Positions 26,130 to 39,036 of a stretch of DNA of 64,000 nucleotides are shown here, piece by piece. Location: positions 54,188,001 through 54,252,000 of the forward strand of contig NC_043014.1 in assembly GCF_006345805.1 (NCBI RefSeq), given 5' to 3'. Made by a program: the position numbers and the translations under genes. The notes under the pieces are model-generated. The model did no database searches, was not told the DNA's origin, and worked only from the letters and a program-made list of their open reading frames with translations. How positions within the stretch are numbered: the stretch's first letter is position 1; each line of letters opens with the position of its first letter. The stretch comes from Octopus sinensis. Taxonomy: Eukaryota.

Positions 26130-27230
26130 TAACTTTGTCAAAGATTGATGTACTTACAGCCCATGGTGAGGAGTTTTGGGACCATATGCAATGTCATGAG
26201 TGTTGCCAGAATTTTAGGGCAGGAAGGACATCTACCAAAGATGATTGTATGTGTGGATGGCTTTCTACATTAACAGACGAGGATGACATTGTGAAAGTGT
26301 TTGTGGGGAACCATGGAAACCATGACTTATTATCCATGGAGTTTCCCAAGAAGCAGGCATTCGTACAAGTCCATGGCACATAAGTTTAAAAGAAATATTG
26401 AAGATGCATCGTGTCACTGCTAAATTTGTGCTGTATCTGATGACAGATGAACAAAAAAGAGAACTGGGCCACATTCGAGTGCTGATGAGAATTTTCTGTT
26501 GAGTTTCCTAAATAGCGCAGGAGTGGCTGTGTGGTAAGTAGCTTGTTTACCAACCACATGGTTCCGGGTTCAGTCCCATTGCGTGGCACCTCGGGCAAGT
26601 GTCTTCTGCTATAGCCCCGGGCCGACCAAAGCCTTGTGAGTGGATTTGGTAGACGGAAACTGAAAGAAGCCCATCGTATATATGTATATATATATATGCG
26701 TGTGTGTGTTTGTGTGTCTGTGTTTGTCCCCCTAGCATTGCTTGACAACCGATGCTGGTGTGTTTATGTCCCCGTTACTTAGCGGTTCGGCAAAAGAGAC
26801 CGATAGAATAAGTACTGGGCTTACAAAAAGAATAAGTCCTGGGGTCGAGTTGCTCGATTAAAAGGCGGTGCTCCAGCATGGCCGCGGTCAGATGACCGAA
26901 ACAAGTAAAAGAGTAAAGAGAGTAAAGGTAATTAAACATGGCTGCATGGAAGTGTGGCAGTAATGTTGGAATGGTGAGGCAGCCATTGTAGTAAACTGGA
27001 TCCTCATCAAAGAAGAATAAAGCATATCAAAGTCGCTCAAGTGTGACGGTGATGTTGGTCTTTTAATGAATAGAAAGGTCGTTGTTCATCATGTGTTTGT
27101 TGTATGGAATCAGGGAATCAATAAGGCAAGGTGCAAGGGATTTCTTTATTCCACAGGTTTTTGACAGCAAAGAATGACATGGGGGTGTCAGCACTGGCAT
27201 CACCTCACTCAAGAGGTTCAGGGTACAACA
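26130..27230 (+). mobile_element. Decayed mariner transposase remnant split by a SINE (26515-26926)
   Basis: The fragments NFRAGRTSTKDD, LKMHRVTAKFVLYLMTDEQK and RSSVTVMLV resemble mariner FKxGRTSxxDD, RVxAKFVPxLLTxEQK and KxMLxVFF. Confidence 0.75.
26515..26926 (+). mobile_element. tRNA-derived SINE family A, young copy
   Basis: A-box-like tggctgtgtggt and B-box-like ggttcagtcc, followed by a ggcaccttgggcaag-like core, a central (TA/TG)n and an (aaagagt)n tail. Confidence 0.9.
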
Positions 27231-27400
27231 TAAACACACACATTTCTATACATATTGGGTGCATATTGTGGATCCATTAATCTGAACATTTTGTTGCTTT
27301 GTGGTACCTTCTTATCATTAACAGGGTCATGATAATGAGCAGGAATGTTGAATTCCATGTGATTCTGTTGTCTTCACAATTTCTTCAAGAATACACACAT

Positions 27401-27791
27401 GCCCATAGTGGCTGTGTGGTAAGTAGCTTGCTTACCAACCACATGGTTCCAGGTTCAGTCCCACTGCATGGCATCTTGGGCAAGTGTCTTCTGCTATAGC
27501 CCCGGGCCGACCAATGCCTTGTAAGTGGATTTGTTAGACGGAAACTGAAAGAAGCCTGTCGTATATATGTATATATATATGTGTGTGTGTGTGTGTTTGT
27601 CCCCCTAGCATTGCTTGACAACCAATGCTGGTGTGTTTACGTCCCCGTCACTTAGCAGTTCGGCAAAAGAGACCGATAGAATAAGTACTGGGCTTACAAA
27701 GAATAAGTACCGGGATCGATTTGCTCAACTAAAGGCGGTGCTCCAGCATGGCTGCAGTCAAATGACTGAAACAAATAAAAGAGTAAAAAGA

Positions 27792-27793
<2 letters not shown>
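27401..27793 (+). mobile_element. SINE family A
   Basis: Near-identical to 26515-26926. Confidence 0.9.
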
Positions 27794-27828
<35 letters not shown>

Positions 27829-28044
27829 GTAAATCCAAAAAAGAACAAACAGCATGAGGATGTGGTACATGTAAAGTATTAGCAGACGTTTAGGGAAGGA
27901 AAGAAAGATAGTTTAATATTTCAAGCAAAAGCTCTTCTTCGGAATCTTCAGAAACAGAGGAAAGTCCAATAGAAAGGAAGACAGAGAAAGAAAATCGACA
28001 ACGATTCACATGTGGTTACATATGTATATATGTATATATATATA

Positions 28045-28435
28045 CTAGCTGATGTACCCAGTAATTCCCAGGAAAGCGGGGCTTATCACTTGGTTCCGTT
28101 CTCATAATTGTTTCGCTAATCCAGTAACAACAATACAAAGTATGTAGCCCTTAAAACAGTTGTGCATTTACAGAGAAAACCAAACTGTCTTACAAAGGAT
28201 CTTGTTTCTAGGAATTCCCAATAAGTTATGAATACCGAAATTATGAAGTCAGTTATGTAATAACATGAAATTAGTTACCCGATAGTAAGAATTCAAATTA
28301 AGTAGTCCCCAAAAGGGCTTTAATGTGTTCCCAGAGTATATAGAACATAGGAGGAAATACTAAGGTATGTATACCAAAATTCTGAAGCATGTTACGTAAT
28401 AAATGATTGTAGTGCAAACCATTTGGATAAAAAAA
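28045..28435 (-). mobile_element. Probable Helitron-like element of another family, truncated by a SINE
   Basis: The a|ctagctgatgtaccc terminus sits in a (TA)n context, the same layout as the other Helitron ends. Confidence 0.4.
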
Positions 28436-28583
28436 GTGTGGTAAGTAGCTTGCTTACCAACCACATGGTTCCGGGTTCAGTCCCACTGCGTGGCATCTTG
28501 GACAAATGTCTTCTGCTATAGCCCCAGGCTGACCAATGCCTTGTGAGTGGATTTGGTAGATGGAAACTGAAAGAAGCCCGTCG

Positions 28584-28616
<33 letters not shown>

Positions 28617-28847
28617 ATGTATGTGTGTGTATATGTTTGTGTGTCTGTGTTTGTCTCCCTAGCATTGCTTGACAACCGATGCTGGTGTGTTTACGTCCCC
28701 GTCACTTAGCGGTTTGGCAAAAGAGACCGATAGAATAAGTACTGGGCTTACAAAAGAATAAGTCCCGGGGTCGAGTTGCTCGATTAAAGGCGGTGCTCCA
28801 GCATGGCCGCAGTCAAATGACTGAAACAAGTAAAAGAGAAAAGAGTA
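28436..28847 (+). mobile_element. SINE family A (slightly 5'-truncated)
   Basis: Near-identical to 26515-26926. Confidence 0.9.
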
Positions 28848-29850
28848 GTGTACACTTGCTTTTTTGTATTGAGTACTACATATGAACGTAATCAACTTCA
28901 ATTGAACCAATTTCAGTGAAGACATGAAGTGTGTGTGTGTGTGTGTGTGTGTGAACTATTTGATAATATAGTTTCTATTGTCAGATAACTCTAACATACG
29001 TAACACTGGGTGTATATATATATATATATAACTACAGCTTTATAAGTCCTGGCTGTGTAGAACAATAGGAGCTGCTGCTGCCATTTGAGTGGTTTATTGT
29101 TGAAAGCCAGCGACATCAGTTACATAACAGCTTGTGAACAATACTGGTTACGTAAACGTTTAACTTTGATCTTACATAACAACTGTTTTCCACCCGAATG
29201 TTCTGGAACCATTTAAATCGGGTGGAGAGTCAGACAAAAAAACACACACACTGTGCTATTTTATTTACGTTCACCAATCTCCTGTCCAAAAGTTCAAATC
29301 CTGCCCAAGTCAAACTATGCCTTTCAGCTATATTTACTTGAGCCCTTCGTGCTCCCTTATGGGGCACAGAGAATTCTGGGTCGTCTTTTTTGCTTCCCTC
29401 CAGTTGGATCCCTGTTTTTCGCTCTACTTCTCTATTATCCTACCTCCAGTTCTTCTTTAGGGTTTCCTCTCTTCGTCACCCTTGCAGATTCTTGACCGGG
29501 GGCCTAAACGTGTAAATAACGATTCCTTGATGGAAGCTCTTCCTATCTCTCACAAATCTTGTTAGTCTTCAGTTATCCATTAACAGTGACTAGGGACGAC
29601 TTTCGGAACAGCTGCCCCTATAAATTGAAATTTCTCCATTTTGGCCAGGATTTTTCCAGATTAAATTTTTTTATATATATTACACATTTTAAAATTAAAA
29701 CAAAAAGGAAATTATTTGGCGATCCTTCGGTATTGGTCTACAGAGTATGGTCTGCATGAGGAGACCATTATTCACCGTCTTTTCCATCCTTACTTCTGTC
29801 GTTCAGAAAAGTTGAGGACGAATGGACGTCGTCGACCATTACCGAAGGAT

Positions 29851-30059
29851 TACTCTTTTACTTGTTTCAGTCATTTGACTGCGGCCATGCTGGAGCACCG
29901 CCTTTAATCGAGCAACTCGACCCCGAGACTTATTCTTTGTAAGCCCAGTACTTATTCTATCGGTCTCTTTTGCCGAACCGCTAAGTAACGGGGACGTAAA
30001 CACACCAGCATCGGTTGTCAAGCAATGCTAGGGGGACAAACACAGATACACACACACAC

Positions 30060-30134
<75 letters not shown>

Positions 30135-30298
30135 TACGACGGGCTTCTTTCAGTTTCCGTCTACCAAATCCACTCACAAGGCTTTGGTCGGCCCGAGGCT
30201 ATAGCAGAAGACACTTGCCCAAGATGCCACGCAGTGGGACTGAACCCAGAACCATGTGGTTGATAAACAAGCTACTTACCACACAGCCACTCCTGCGC
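29851..30298 (-). mobile_element. SINE family A
   Basis: Reverse complement of family A with a long central (TA)n. Confidence 0.9.
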
Positions 30299-31828
30299 CT
30301 ATTTTGCACAGATTTTTGCTTGAAGCATCGCATTTTTCTCCTTTTAACGATATCTTTCATTTTATTGTTGCATTCCATATTCTGAAATATTTGGAATTCG
30401 AATTAAAATGAAATTTTTTAAATTCCTACTTCTTCCTACTCTGATCATACATTTCGCAATTAAAATTTTTTTTTTCTTCAATTTTGTTTTCTTTTTTCAT
30501 ACTTTTGCCATTCCAGCCCAAGTGACCATCCACACCGAAATTATTTCCTCATAACTGTCAGAAAGAATACAGAAAGACCTTGGTGGTTGCAGACAGACAT
30601 ACACTTTCATTTTGTAGATATTCGTGTGTTTCTTTTTACATTAAATTACTTCTATATTCGTAATCTTCTCTATCTGGAAAGTAATTGTAAAATTTCATTA
30701 AAAAATCATCCATTTTCAGAAAGTTACGAGGAAGGAACATTCGGTGGTGAAGGTCACTTGTGTTGGAAGGCCAAGCTTTTTTTTTTTTCTATACGGCATA
30801 AAAATTGAATAAAGAGAATTAAAACAAGAATATAATAACACTTACCTTATTTAGTTGACATAATTCTCATCAAATTTAATTTCATAACTCGTTTTTCTCA
30901 CCTTCCACACAAAACTAAACAGAAAGACATAAACAGTTTTGTTTTTCAGTCAGAGATGTTTTGGGGCCTCATTTTGCTTTTCTTCAATTAAAAAATATTC
31001 TTTTCTACATTCAAAATGACTGAGATTGTCATTTTATAGATACTTCTTTCAAAATGTTATTTTGTTTCGTCATTTTTTGTGGCAGAAACAAAACAAAAAA
31101 AGAGTCGTCCTTCGTTTCTAATCAGGAAGAAAGATACAATGGCGCGGGGGAGGGGGAGTGTAAAGATCGAACCAGCTTTTTTTTGTTTTTTTGTTTTCTA
31201 AAATAATTCGTATTCCAAAAATTTCAGAATGTAGATTAAATATAATAAAATGGCGTGAAATAAATTAAAATGTATTTAAAAAAAAAAAGAAAACTATAAT
31301 GGTGATTGTTGTTCTGAAGAGACACGATAAGGTGATGGCGGTGGTTGGGGGGGGGGAATATGGATGAATTTTTTTTCCTTTTAAGTTGTTCCCCATCTTA
31401 TTGTTATGAAATATGTATTAAAAAGATATTTGGATAACTTCCAACTAAAACAGAAATGTTCTATCGTATGTAGGTCAGGTATTCCAAAAGTCAACCCAAG
31501 TCAGAGACTGAGGTCGATATTGACTCTAATCCTTCACCAAATTTACTGTCCGTGAAAGAAACTGGGAAGGTTTTTGGTTGATATTTGCAAAGGGATTGAT
31601 AATGAAACCCAAACAATACGGGAGGAATATAAAAAATACACTTGCGTAACCGGAGTAATACTTAAAAGTCACTGATTAAATGCCATTGTTACTCATTTTC
31701 TAAAAACTGTTGTACAAACATCGTACAAAAAGAATGCACTTCTTATAAATATATTTGAAAGTAATTGCAAATTGAAAACTTATTTAAATACCCATGCAGA
31801 CGTATTTACTATATTATGTAGATAGATA

Positions 31829-32050
31829 AGGCGGCAGAAACGTTAGCACCCCGGGCGAAATGCTAAGCAGAATTTCGTCTGCCGTTACGTTCTGAGTTCA
31901 AATTCCGCCGAGGTCGACTTTGCCTTTCATCCTTTCGGGGTCGATAAATTAAGTACCAGTTATGCACTGGGGTCGATGTAATCGACTTAATCCCTTTGTC
32001 TGTCCTTGTTTGTCCCCTCTATGTTTAGCTCCTTGTGGGCAATAAAGAAA
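31829..32050 (+). mobile_element. tRNA-derived SINE family B, young copy
   Basis: ggcagaaacgttagcac head, gagttcaaattcc B-box and cctttcatcctttcggggtcgataaattaagtaccag core. Confidence 0.85.
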
Positions 32051-32602
32051 TATATATATGTAGATAGATGGTGAGAGAGAGACATATATGCACACACTTT
32101 TTGTCTCACAAACAAGAGAAAGAGTTCTAGATAGATGTTTGTGAGTTTAGTGATTGACTCCTTTGCTTTTTAAATTTTGTTGGTGGGATCTTTTAGAAGA
32201 CAACAATAACAACAGACCATTTTTGTTATTTATAATTATAAGTTTAAAAGCAGACTTTTGTGAGGAGAACCACCATTATCCAAATTACTAATTCTGGTTA
32301 AAAACAACAACAACAAAAGATAATGGGAACAACTGTGAAATTTTAATGTAAATTAATTGAATATAAAATACAGTTGGAGAATAAGTCTGACATTCTAACA
32401 GGATAAGTTTCAATGTTATTGGACCTCATCAGCTAAGCATGGTCTAACTATTACTGCGGAACTCAAACGATTAGAGCAGTAAATCATATGGTTCTGTATG
32501 AACACATCCTTCATCCACTTTACTATCAAGTTTTCATGCAGCAGAAACCCTGCATATTCCCCCCAGTCATTTCATGTGTGTGTGTTTATATATATATATA
32601 TA

Positions 32603-33025
32603 TCATCATCATCATCATCGTCCATTTTCCATGCTAGCATGGGTTGGACGGTTTGATTTGGGTCTGTCAAGCCAGGAGGCTGCACCAGGCTCAGTCTGAT
32701 CTGGCAAGGTTTCTACAGCTGGATGTCCTTTCCTAACGCCAACCACTCTGAGAGTGTAGTGGGTGCTTTTTACATGCCACCAGCACAGGAGCCAATCAGG
32801 CGGCACTGGTACCAGTCACATGTTACCTGGTACAGAAGCCAGTCAGGGCGAGGAGAGCTAGCACCCGCCACGTTCGGATGGTGCTTTTTACATGCCACTA
32901 GCATGGGGAGTTGATGAGGCGGCACTGGCAACGACCCACACATGAATGGTGCTTATTGCATACCACTAGCCAGTGTCACCTGACTGGCTCCCCATGCAAG
33001 TGGCACATAAAAAGCACCATTCAAC
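32603..33025 (-). mobile_element. RTE 3' UTR fragment with an expanded internal repeat and an inverted 5' end
   Basis: Matches 141-460. The gtgctttttacatgccac-like unit is repeated, with one inverted copy at about 32995-33022. Confidence 0.8.
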
Positions 33026-33061
33026 AATAAAGTATATATGCTATTTATCTCTCTCTCACTT

Positions 33062-33094
<33 letters not shown>

Positions 33095-33114
<20 letters not shown>

Positions 33115-33116
33115 AA

Positions 33117-33172
<56 letters not shown>

Positions 33173-33230
33173 TAGATAGAGAGAGAGAGAGAGAGATAGA
33201 AAGAGAGTGAGAGAGATAGAGAGAGAGAGA
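33095..33230. repeat. (TA)n-(GA)n microsatellite
   Basis: Direct reading. Many other (TA)n, (CA)n, (GA)n and (AAT)n tracts occur, e.g. 15143-15180, 22878-22925, 45566-45622, 46190-46270, 50900-50962 and 59450-59640. Confidence 0.95.
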
Positions 33231-33683
33231 TTGAGTAGACCTAATATCAAAGGCATGCTGGCCTCACCATCCTCATCTATTTGTAATTCTTGGACTTCCC
33301 TTTTCCAATGTGTCCTTCTTGTTTTAAGGCTATAGAATGGGATCTGTGGACATTTCATTGTTATTACAAACCAATCAAACAACAACATAAAGGCTCCTTC
33401 GTTGGCAATGGTACAATGGACCTTCAAGGAACCTTGTGGCATTGTCTGTTAGCCACACAAATTAGGGGCCCAGGAAGGTTCCAATAGGTGTTTCTGACAC
33501 AGAAATAGGTACAGCATCCCACACTCAATACAAGAAAGGTAAAAGGTAATGGCATAATTGTGTTTTGATTAGATTTTCTTTGGTATTTTTCTTGTTGTTG
33601 TTTTCTAATTCCTCTATTGATGTCTTTTCCCTTCCTTCCTTCCTTTCTCCATACTTACCTGCCTCATTTTGATTTAATTTCAG

Positions 33684-34474
33684 GTATTTACACGACTGAA
33701 ACAGGAAATGTGTCTGATTTTTACCCAACCCGACTCACACCAGCTGGCTGGACCTTTAGCATTTGGGGTTTCATCTATTTCTGGATGATTCTGTGGCTTG
33801 TATACAGTATAGTGGCCATCTTTTTGAAAGTCGGCAACGAATACGTTTACACCAGCATCATCTTCATGCCATGCCTTTTCTTCTTCATCTATTCCGTCAA
33901 CCTGCTCCTCAATATCTCTTGGCTCATTCTCTTCGACCGGAAGCTGTTCATAGTCAGCCTTTTTGTGGCGCTGTTCATGTTCGTCAGTGCGGTCACCTGT
34001 ATCAGCATTTCATGCTACGTCCTCACCAACAATTATGACCTCATCAATGAAACAAAGCTCTTTGTCCACGTCTGGCTCATTCGCTTTTTCGTGCAGAATG
34101 GCATCGCATTTTATGCGGCATGGCTGTTAGTTGCCACTCACTTAAACTTAGACATCGCAATGCGTTACTCCTGGAAAGTTGACCCGGATACCTGTGACCT
34201 CACTGCCATCATCATGATCCTCGTCATCATCTCCACCTGGTTCCTTCTCGATGTTATTGCCCTTGACAACTACACACGTTACCTGTTCAGCGAGTACATA
34301 GTGTTCATCGTTGCCTTCTGTGGTGTGGTCTACAAACAGCTGAATACAGATGTCTATGACCGAATAGACGTTTTGATTCTGATCTGTTTGTCTGCCAGTG
34401 GGGCATTCTTTGTTTTCAAGATGGCCATTCTCCTCTGGAGACACTTCAGGAAGTCTTCTTATATAACATATTAA
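33684..34474 (+). CDS. G3: terminal coding exon, same family
   Basis: tttcag|GT ATT TAC is a phase-1 acceptor. The frame GIYTTETGNVS...TPAGWTFSIWGFIYFW...QNGIAFYAAW...KMAILLWRH is open to TAA. AATAAA occurs at 34691. Confidence 0.9.
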
Positions 34475-36501
34475 TTTCAGCCACACAGGTTTCCATTACT
34501 TTCAGCTCTGACGTTCCAGTGTAAAAGTTTGAAAAAAAAATTACATGAGTTAAAAATGTAAATATTGAACATGTGGTAATAATATAAATTTTAAATATAA
34601 AAAATATGAAAACATGTAACACAAAAATCTAAAAATTTAATGCGAAGAGCAGATTTAAAAAAAAAAAAAATTTTAATTTAACTACTTTTTAATAAAAGTT
34701 TTATAGCCTTTTCTACAAAACAATTCACATCAAAGCTAAACCCAGGTCTGACTGAATATACATTTTGTAACACTAGAGATATATATACATCTATGTCTGT
34801 CTTTGTGTGTGTGTGTGTGTGTGTGCCATACAATACATCTGTCTGTCCACCTTTGCCATATTCTCTGGTTACTTTGGATGCCTTTTGTCACATACTCATT
34901 GAGAAGAGTTTGTTTGCACTTAGACCAACAATGTCTTTGAAGAAGGGAGCACTGCATGAGATCACCCCCACCCACATGTGACTCTTTTACGGCCAATTCT
35001 GGGAGAGACAAAAAGAAGAGTCGACCCAGTACATTACTGGTATTTTATCAACCCCAGAAGTATGCAGAGCAAAGTCAATTTTAGCAGGTTTTGAACTCAG
35101 AATGCAAAACCCAAACTCAACTGACTCCACTCGTTGACTGCCATCTGTCCCCACCTCCTCCCTCTATGTGTATTCATAGAATGTTGTTGTTTTATTGACT
35201 CCCCCTCCCCCCATACTACGTTGGGGTTTCCACCTTCATGTAGTGACTCAACTGAGGAAAATCAGACAGAGTTGTGACTGTCATGCCTCACCACGTTATT
35301 AAGTATAACTGGAAAATGTTGGTGTGAGGAAAGTCAAACAGAAAGGTGGAGTTCTGATTTGGGTTTTGTTTTAGTGAGAGAGAGAGGGGGGTCTTTATAT
35401 TGTTATGCAACATGCTAGAAATGGCAACTAAATCTCCTGTCTCACACCCTACCATCTTGAAAACTTACATCATAAGCAAATATATAATCCAGTAAGAGAG
35501 TGTCTACACTTTTGTGCAATTTGCTAGAAATAACAGCTAAATCTCCTTTATATTCCTACCATCTTAAAAGGGGAATAAGTACAAACTGGGTGATGTGATC
35601 CTGGATACGGCACACTGTCTGTGAAAATAGAATGCTTTTCATCACAGGCTTACTAGAGCACAGCTGTTCTAGGGCTAAACAACAACATTATGCATGTAAT
35701 ACAGGTTTATATAAGAGTGGGTGTATTGCTCTTAATACAGAAATATATAAACACTGGTTCCGTGGGTCACTGCATCTGAAGCTGATCAGTAAACCCTGTA
35801 CGAGTTACTTCTGAATTTCCCAATCAGTGTTCTTTGAATATCAATCAAGACTATTTTTGCATTATTCCAAGTCAATGTAGACTCAATAGTAGAGTGCCAA
35901 ACCAAAGGAGCCTCTACATTCTCATTCAACTAGCTAGAGACAGCAGCCAAACTCGGCCTCAACTTATATCCTTCTGTCATACAAAAAGAAGAGAGGCATT
36001 GGATGTACTATAGACCTAAATATTGTATGTCACATATATGTGTGTGTGTGTGTAAAAAAAGGCTTGATGGCCACAGCTGGAACACCTTTGATTATATGAT
36101 TACTCAATCATTGCTGACATAAAGCTAAATAAAATAATGGCCTGTTCCTAACAGCTCATCTACCTCTTTCTACTGCTTTTAAATTGTTTATTTTTCTAAT
36201 AACCAGTAAATCTAAATTTTTTCCTAATCATAAAAGAAAAGAAATGAAACACCGAATGTTATTTGAAACAACTTCAAGAAACTGTTGAAGAACTCTCTAA
36301 AGTTCCTGTAGAAGAATCCTCACCAATTCCAAACATCTGAATTCATAACCTACCAAAATTGGATAATCAACTTGCTCAATATATCAGTCCATCTCCTCTC
36401 AACAAACATTTTATTATTTAAGTCTTGGCTTTTTGGTAATCCTATTCATATATCCTTCTCCCCCATCAGTCTCTCTGTATTTTATCATATTTTATATTCT
36501 A

Positions 36502-36898
36502 CTAGCAGTATCGCCCGGCGTTGCTCAGGTTTGTAAGGGAAATAACTAAATAAGCATTTTTTGAGAGTTGGCCAAAATATAGCAAAAAATGCATTAAAAA
36601 TGGGAAAAAAATTATGGTAAATTTTTTTTTAATCGTTGACTCATCGTAGACATTTTTAGAGAATTACTTCCCTTATATAATAGCGAAAAAATGCATTAAA
36701 ATGGGAAAAAATGATGGTAATTTTTTTTTTAAATCGTAGACTCATCGTAGACGTTTGCTAATACCCAGAAGGGCTCAATATGAATCACGACTATAAGATG
36801 CCCGGTTTTGGTTAAACTGCACCGCAAAATGTGGGAGTAGTTAGGAATCTAAATCGTAGGAGACAGACAGCACACAACCTCACTTTTATATATAAAGA
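36502..36898 (-). mobile_element. Non-autonomous Helitron
   Basis: On the minus strand it reads A|TC...CTAG|T with a GC-rich subterminal hairpin and no TSD. It has an internal ~90-bp tandem duplication. Confidence 0.8.
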
Positions 36899-38076
36899 TT
36901 ATATCAGATATTATATTATACTATGTGGCCATATATTGGTCAAATGTTTACTTGGAATCCCAGCATCATTTGGCCAGTCACTGCAGAGGACACAACTTGT
37001 ATTTATCTTGTTCTGGCTGACTCTACAAGGAAGTCTAACTCATAACTTTCAAAAATTAGCAATACTTCAAAAGAAAAAACAAAAGAAAAAATTTTAAAAA
37101 CTGTTGCAAACAGCCATCATGATTTCAGCACAAACAACACCTTCAAATGGATGCTTGATGGGTGGAATAACTTTGAAGCAGTCATAATCATTATCAGCAA
37201 ATATAGATACATATAGATATGTGTGGGAGCTGTCTGCTCCTTGCAGCACTTGATCTATCTTTCTCTCTATAATTGCTCTTTCTTAATGTAAGATCTTAAA
37301 TGACTTTTGAGCCCTGAAAGGCATTTAAAGAGCTGATAACACCTAATACCTGCTTAGAACGAGATAAACATGGTCATTGATAAGTGTCTTGGCCAATGGA
37401 TACAGTCCTGTGTCAATGAGAGGAGATCAACAGCCAATCCTTCAAATGGTTGGCCATTACCCTTATCAACCCAGCTACTTATGGTTTTCAGTTTCTCTTC
37501 ATTTGTTCATCTTTAATTCTGTTGGCAAATGACAGAAAGATGAGCAAAATTTATCGATCGTGTCAGAAATGGAATTCTGTTGGACAAAGTCTTCTCAAGT
37601 TTGACATTTAACTATTTAAGATTATTAAGGCCACCCTTGAAACCATTCCATCAACCTACAGCTTAGATCTGTGGCCTAAAACTAAATCTCAAGGTCTTAG
37701 CCCTCTTTGATACAATCCTGCTTGAGACAAATTCTGGTTCTATAAAAAAAAAAAAAGAAAGAGAAAACACTTTTCATTTTAAAGTGTTCATATTTTAATT
37801 AAAAAATTTTTAATCTGTCATAATTTTACGAAAAAACAAAAACCTCGTTAAAGACACCAGTCTAATAATGACAAAGTTAATTATTTTACTAAATCCCTCC
37901 AAATCCTTGATTGTCTTCAAATGGACCTGGAACATACAGGCAATGTATTTTGTTACAAATCTGACCGTGAAAAGGGTTTTATGGGGAATAAATTTGTGAT
38001 GATAAGGAAACAACAAAAAGCCTGTGATGTACTCAACCCCAAAGTCATGAGCTGTATTCCTCATTTTAATATCCAT

Positions 38077-38465
38077 TGATTTTTAATGCTTGCATGGGTC
38101 AGATGGAATTTGTTGAGACAGGTTTTCAATGACTGGATGCCCTTCCTGCCACCAACCTTCACCTGTTTGAAAGCAAAGTATTATTTCCTCATTGCCAGAC
38201 ATGTTTTCATGGAAGACTGGGAACGAATGACCCTGCTTGCAGGATGCTGACACCCAACGACAACAGTCACCCAATGTCAAGACAAGGAGACGCAAAGGCA
38301 TTCACTCTTGGACAGGTTCCTTGGTTTTCAACTGCCAAGTACCTTCACAAGGCTTTGGTCAAAGCAGGGCTATAGTAGAGGACACTTGTCCAAAGTGTCA
38401 CACGGTGGAACTGAAACCGAAACCAATGTGCTTGGAAAGCAAACTTCTTCATCAAACAGCCGCCA
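38077..38465 (-). mobile_element. SINE family D
   Basis: Reverse complement of the 13670-14065 layout. Confidence 0.7.
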
Positions 38466-39036
38466 CACCAAATTCTCTTTTTAAATTCTTGTGAAATACC
38501 TTCTCTCAGCAAAGCAGTTCTTCGATACTCCATAACTTTTTTCTATTAAGTAATTAACAGAGGTTTTAATTAAAGGTAATAAATTATTATTTCATAGAGG
38601 AAGGAATTTAATCCTTGATTTCCTGAGATTTTATTCTGCTCACTAATTAAACCCTTCCAGCTTTAAGTTAATTAATGCAAGAGAGTGCAGCACTGCATTT
38701 TTAATTAGTACCATGTTTGGCACCAGGGTTCTTTAGAGTTGGTTCTGTATGGTGAATGTTCTTGACTGGTTGAGACTGGCAAGGTTCATGCATTCACAGT
38801 TAATTTCCATGCTTTGTTGAAGGCAAAATAATTCACTGCAGCAGTACAGAGCCACCCCGCCCCTCTTTCCCCTTCAAACCCTGCCGTACATCCACTACAC
38901 AATAAATAAACTGTATGGCCCCTTAGAAAGTCCTCTGTTCTGATGCATACACTACAGTCACTTTAATGGACAATAAGACCCAGATCCCAAGAAGATTGCT
39001 GTCCATAATTCCTCTTCTACTATTGAACACTTACAA

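Noticed and set aside
26386-30263. Recurrent ORFs MSSNARGTN... and ...RCHAVGLNPEPCG
   Set aside because: They are translations of SINE family A, not a gene family.
38560-38720. Cluster of TAATTA homeodomain-like sites
   Set aside because: Expected by chance in AT-rich DNA, and unsupported without conservation data.
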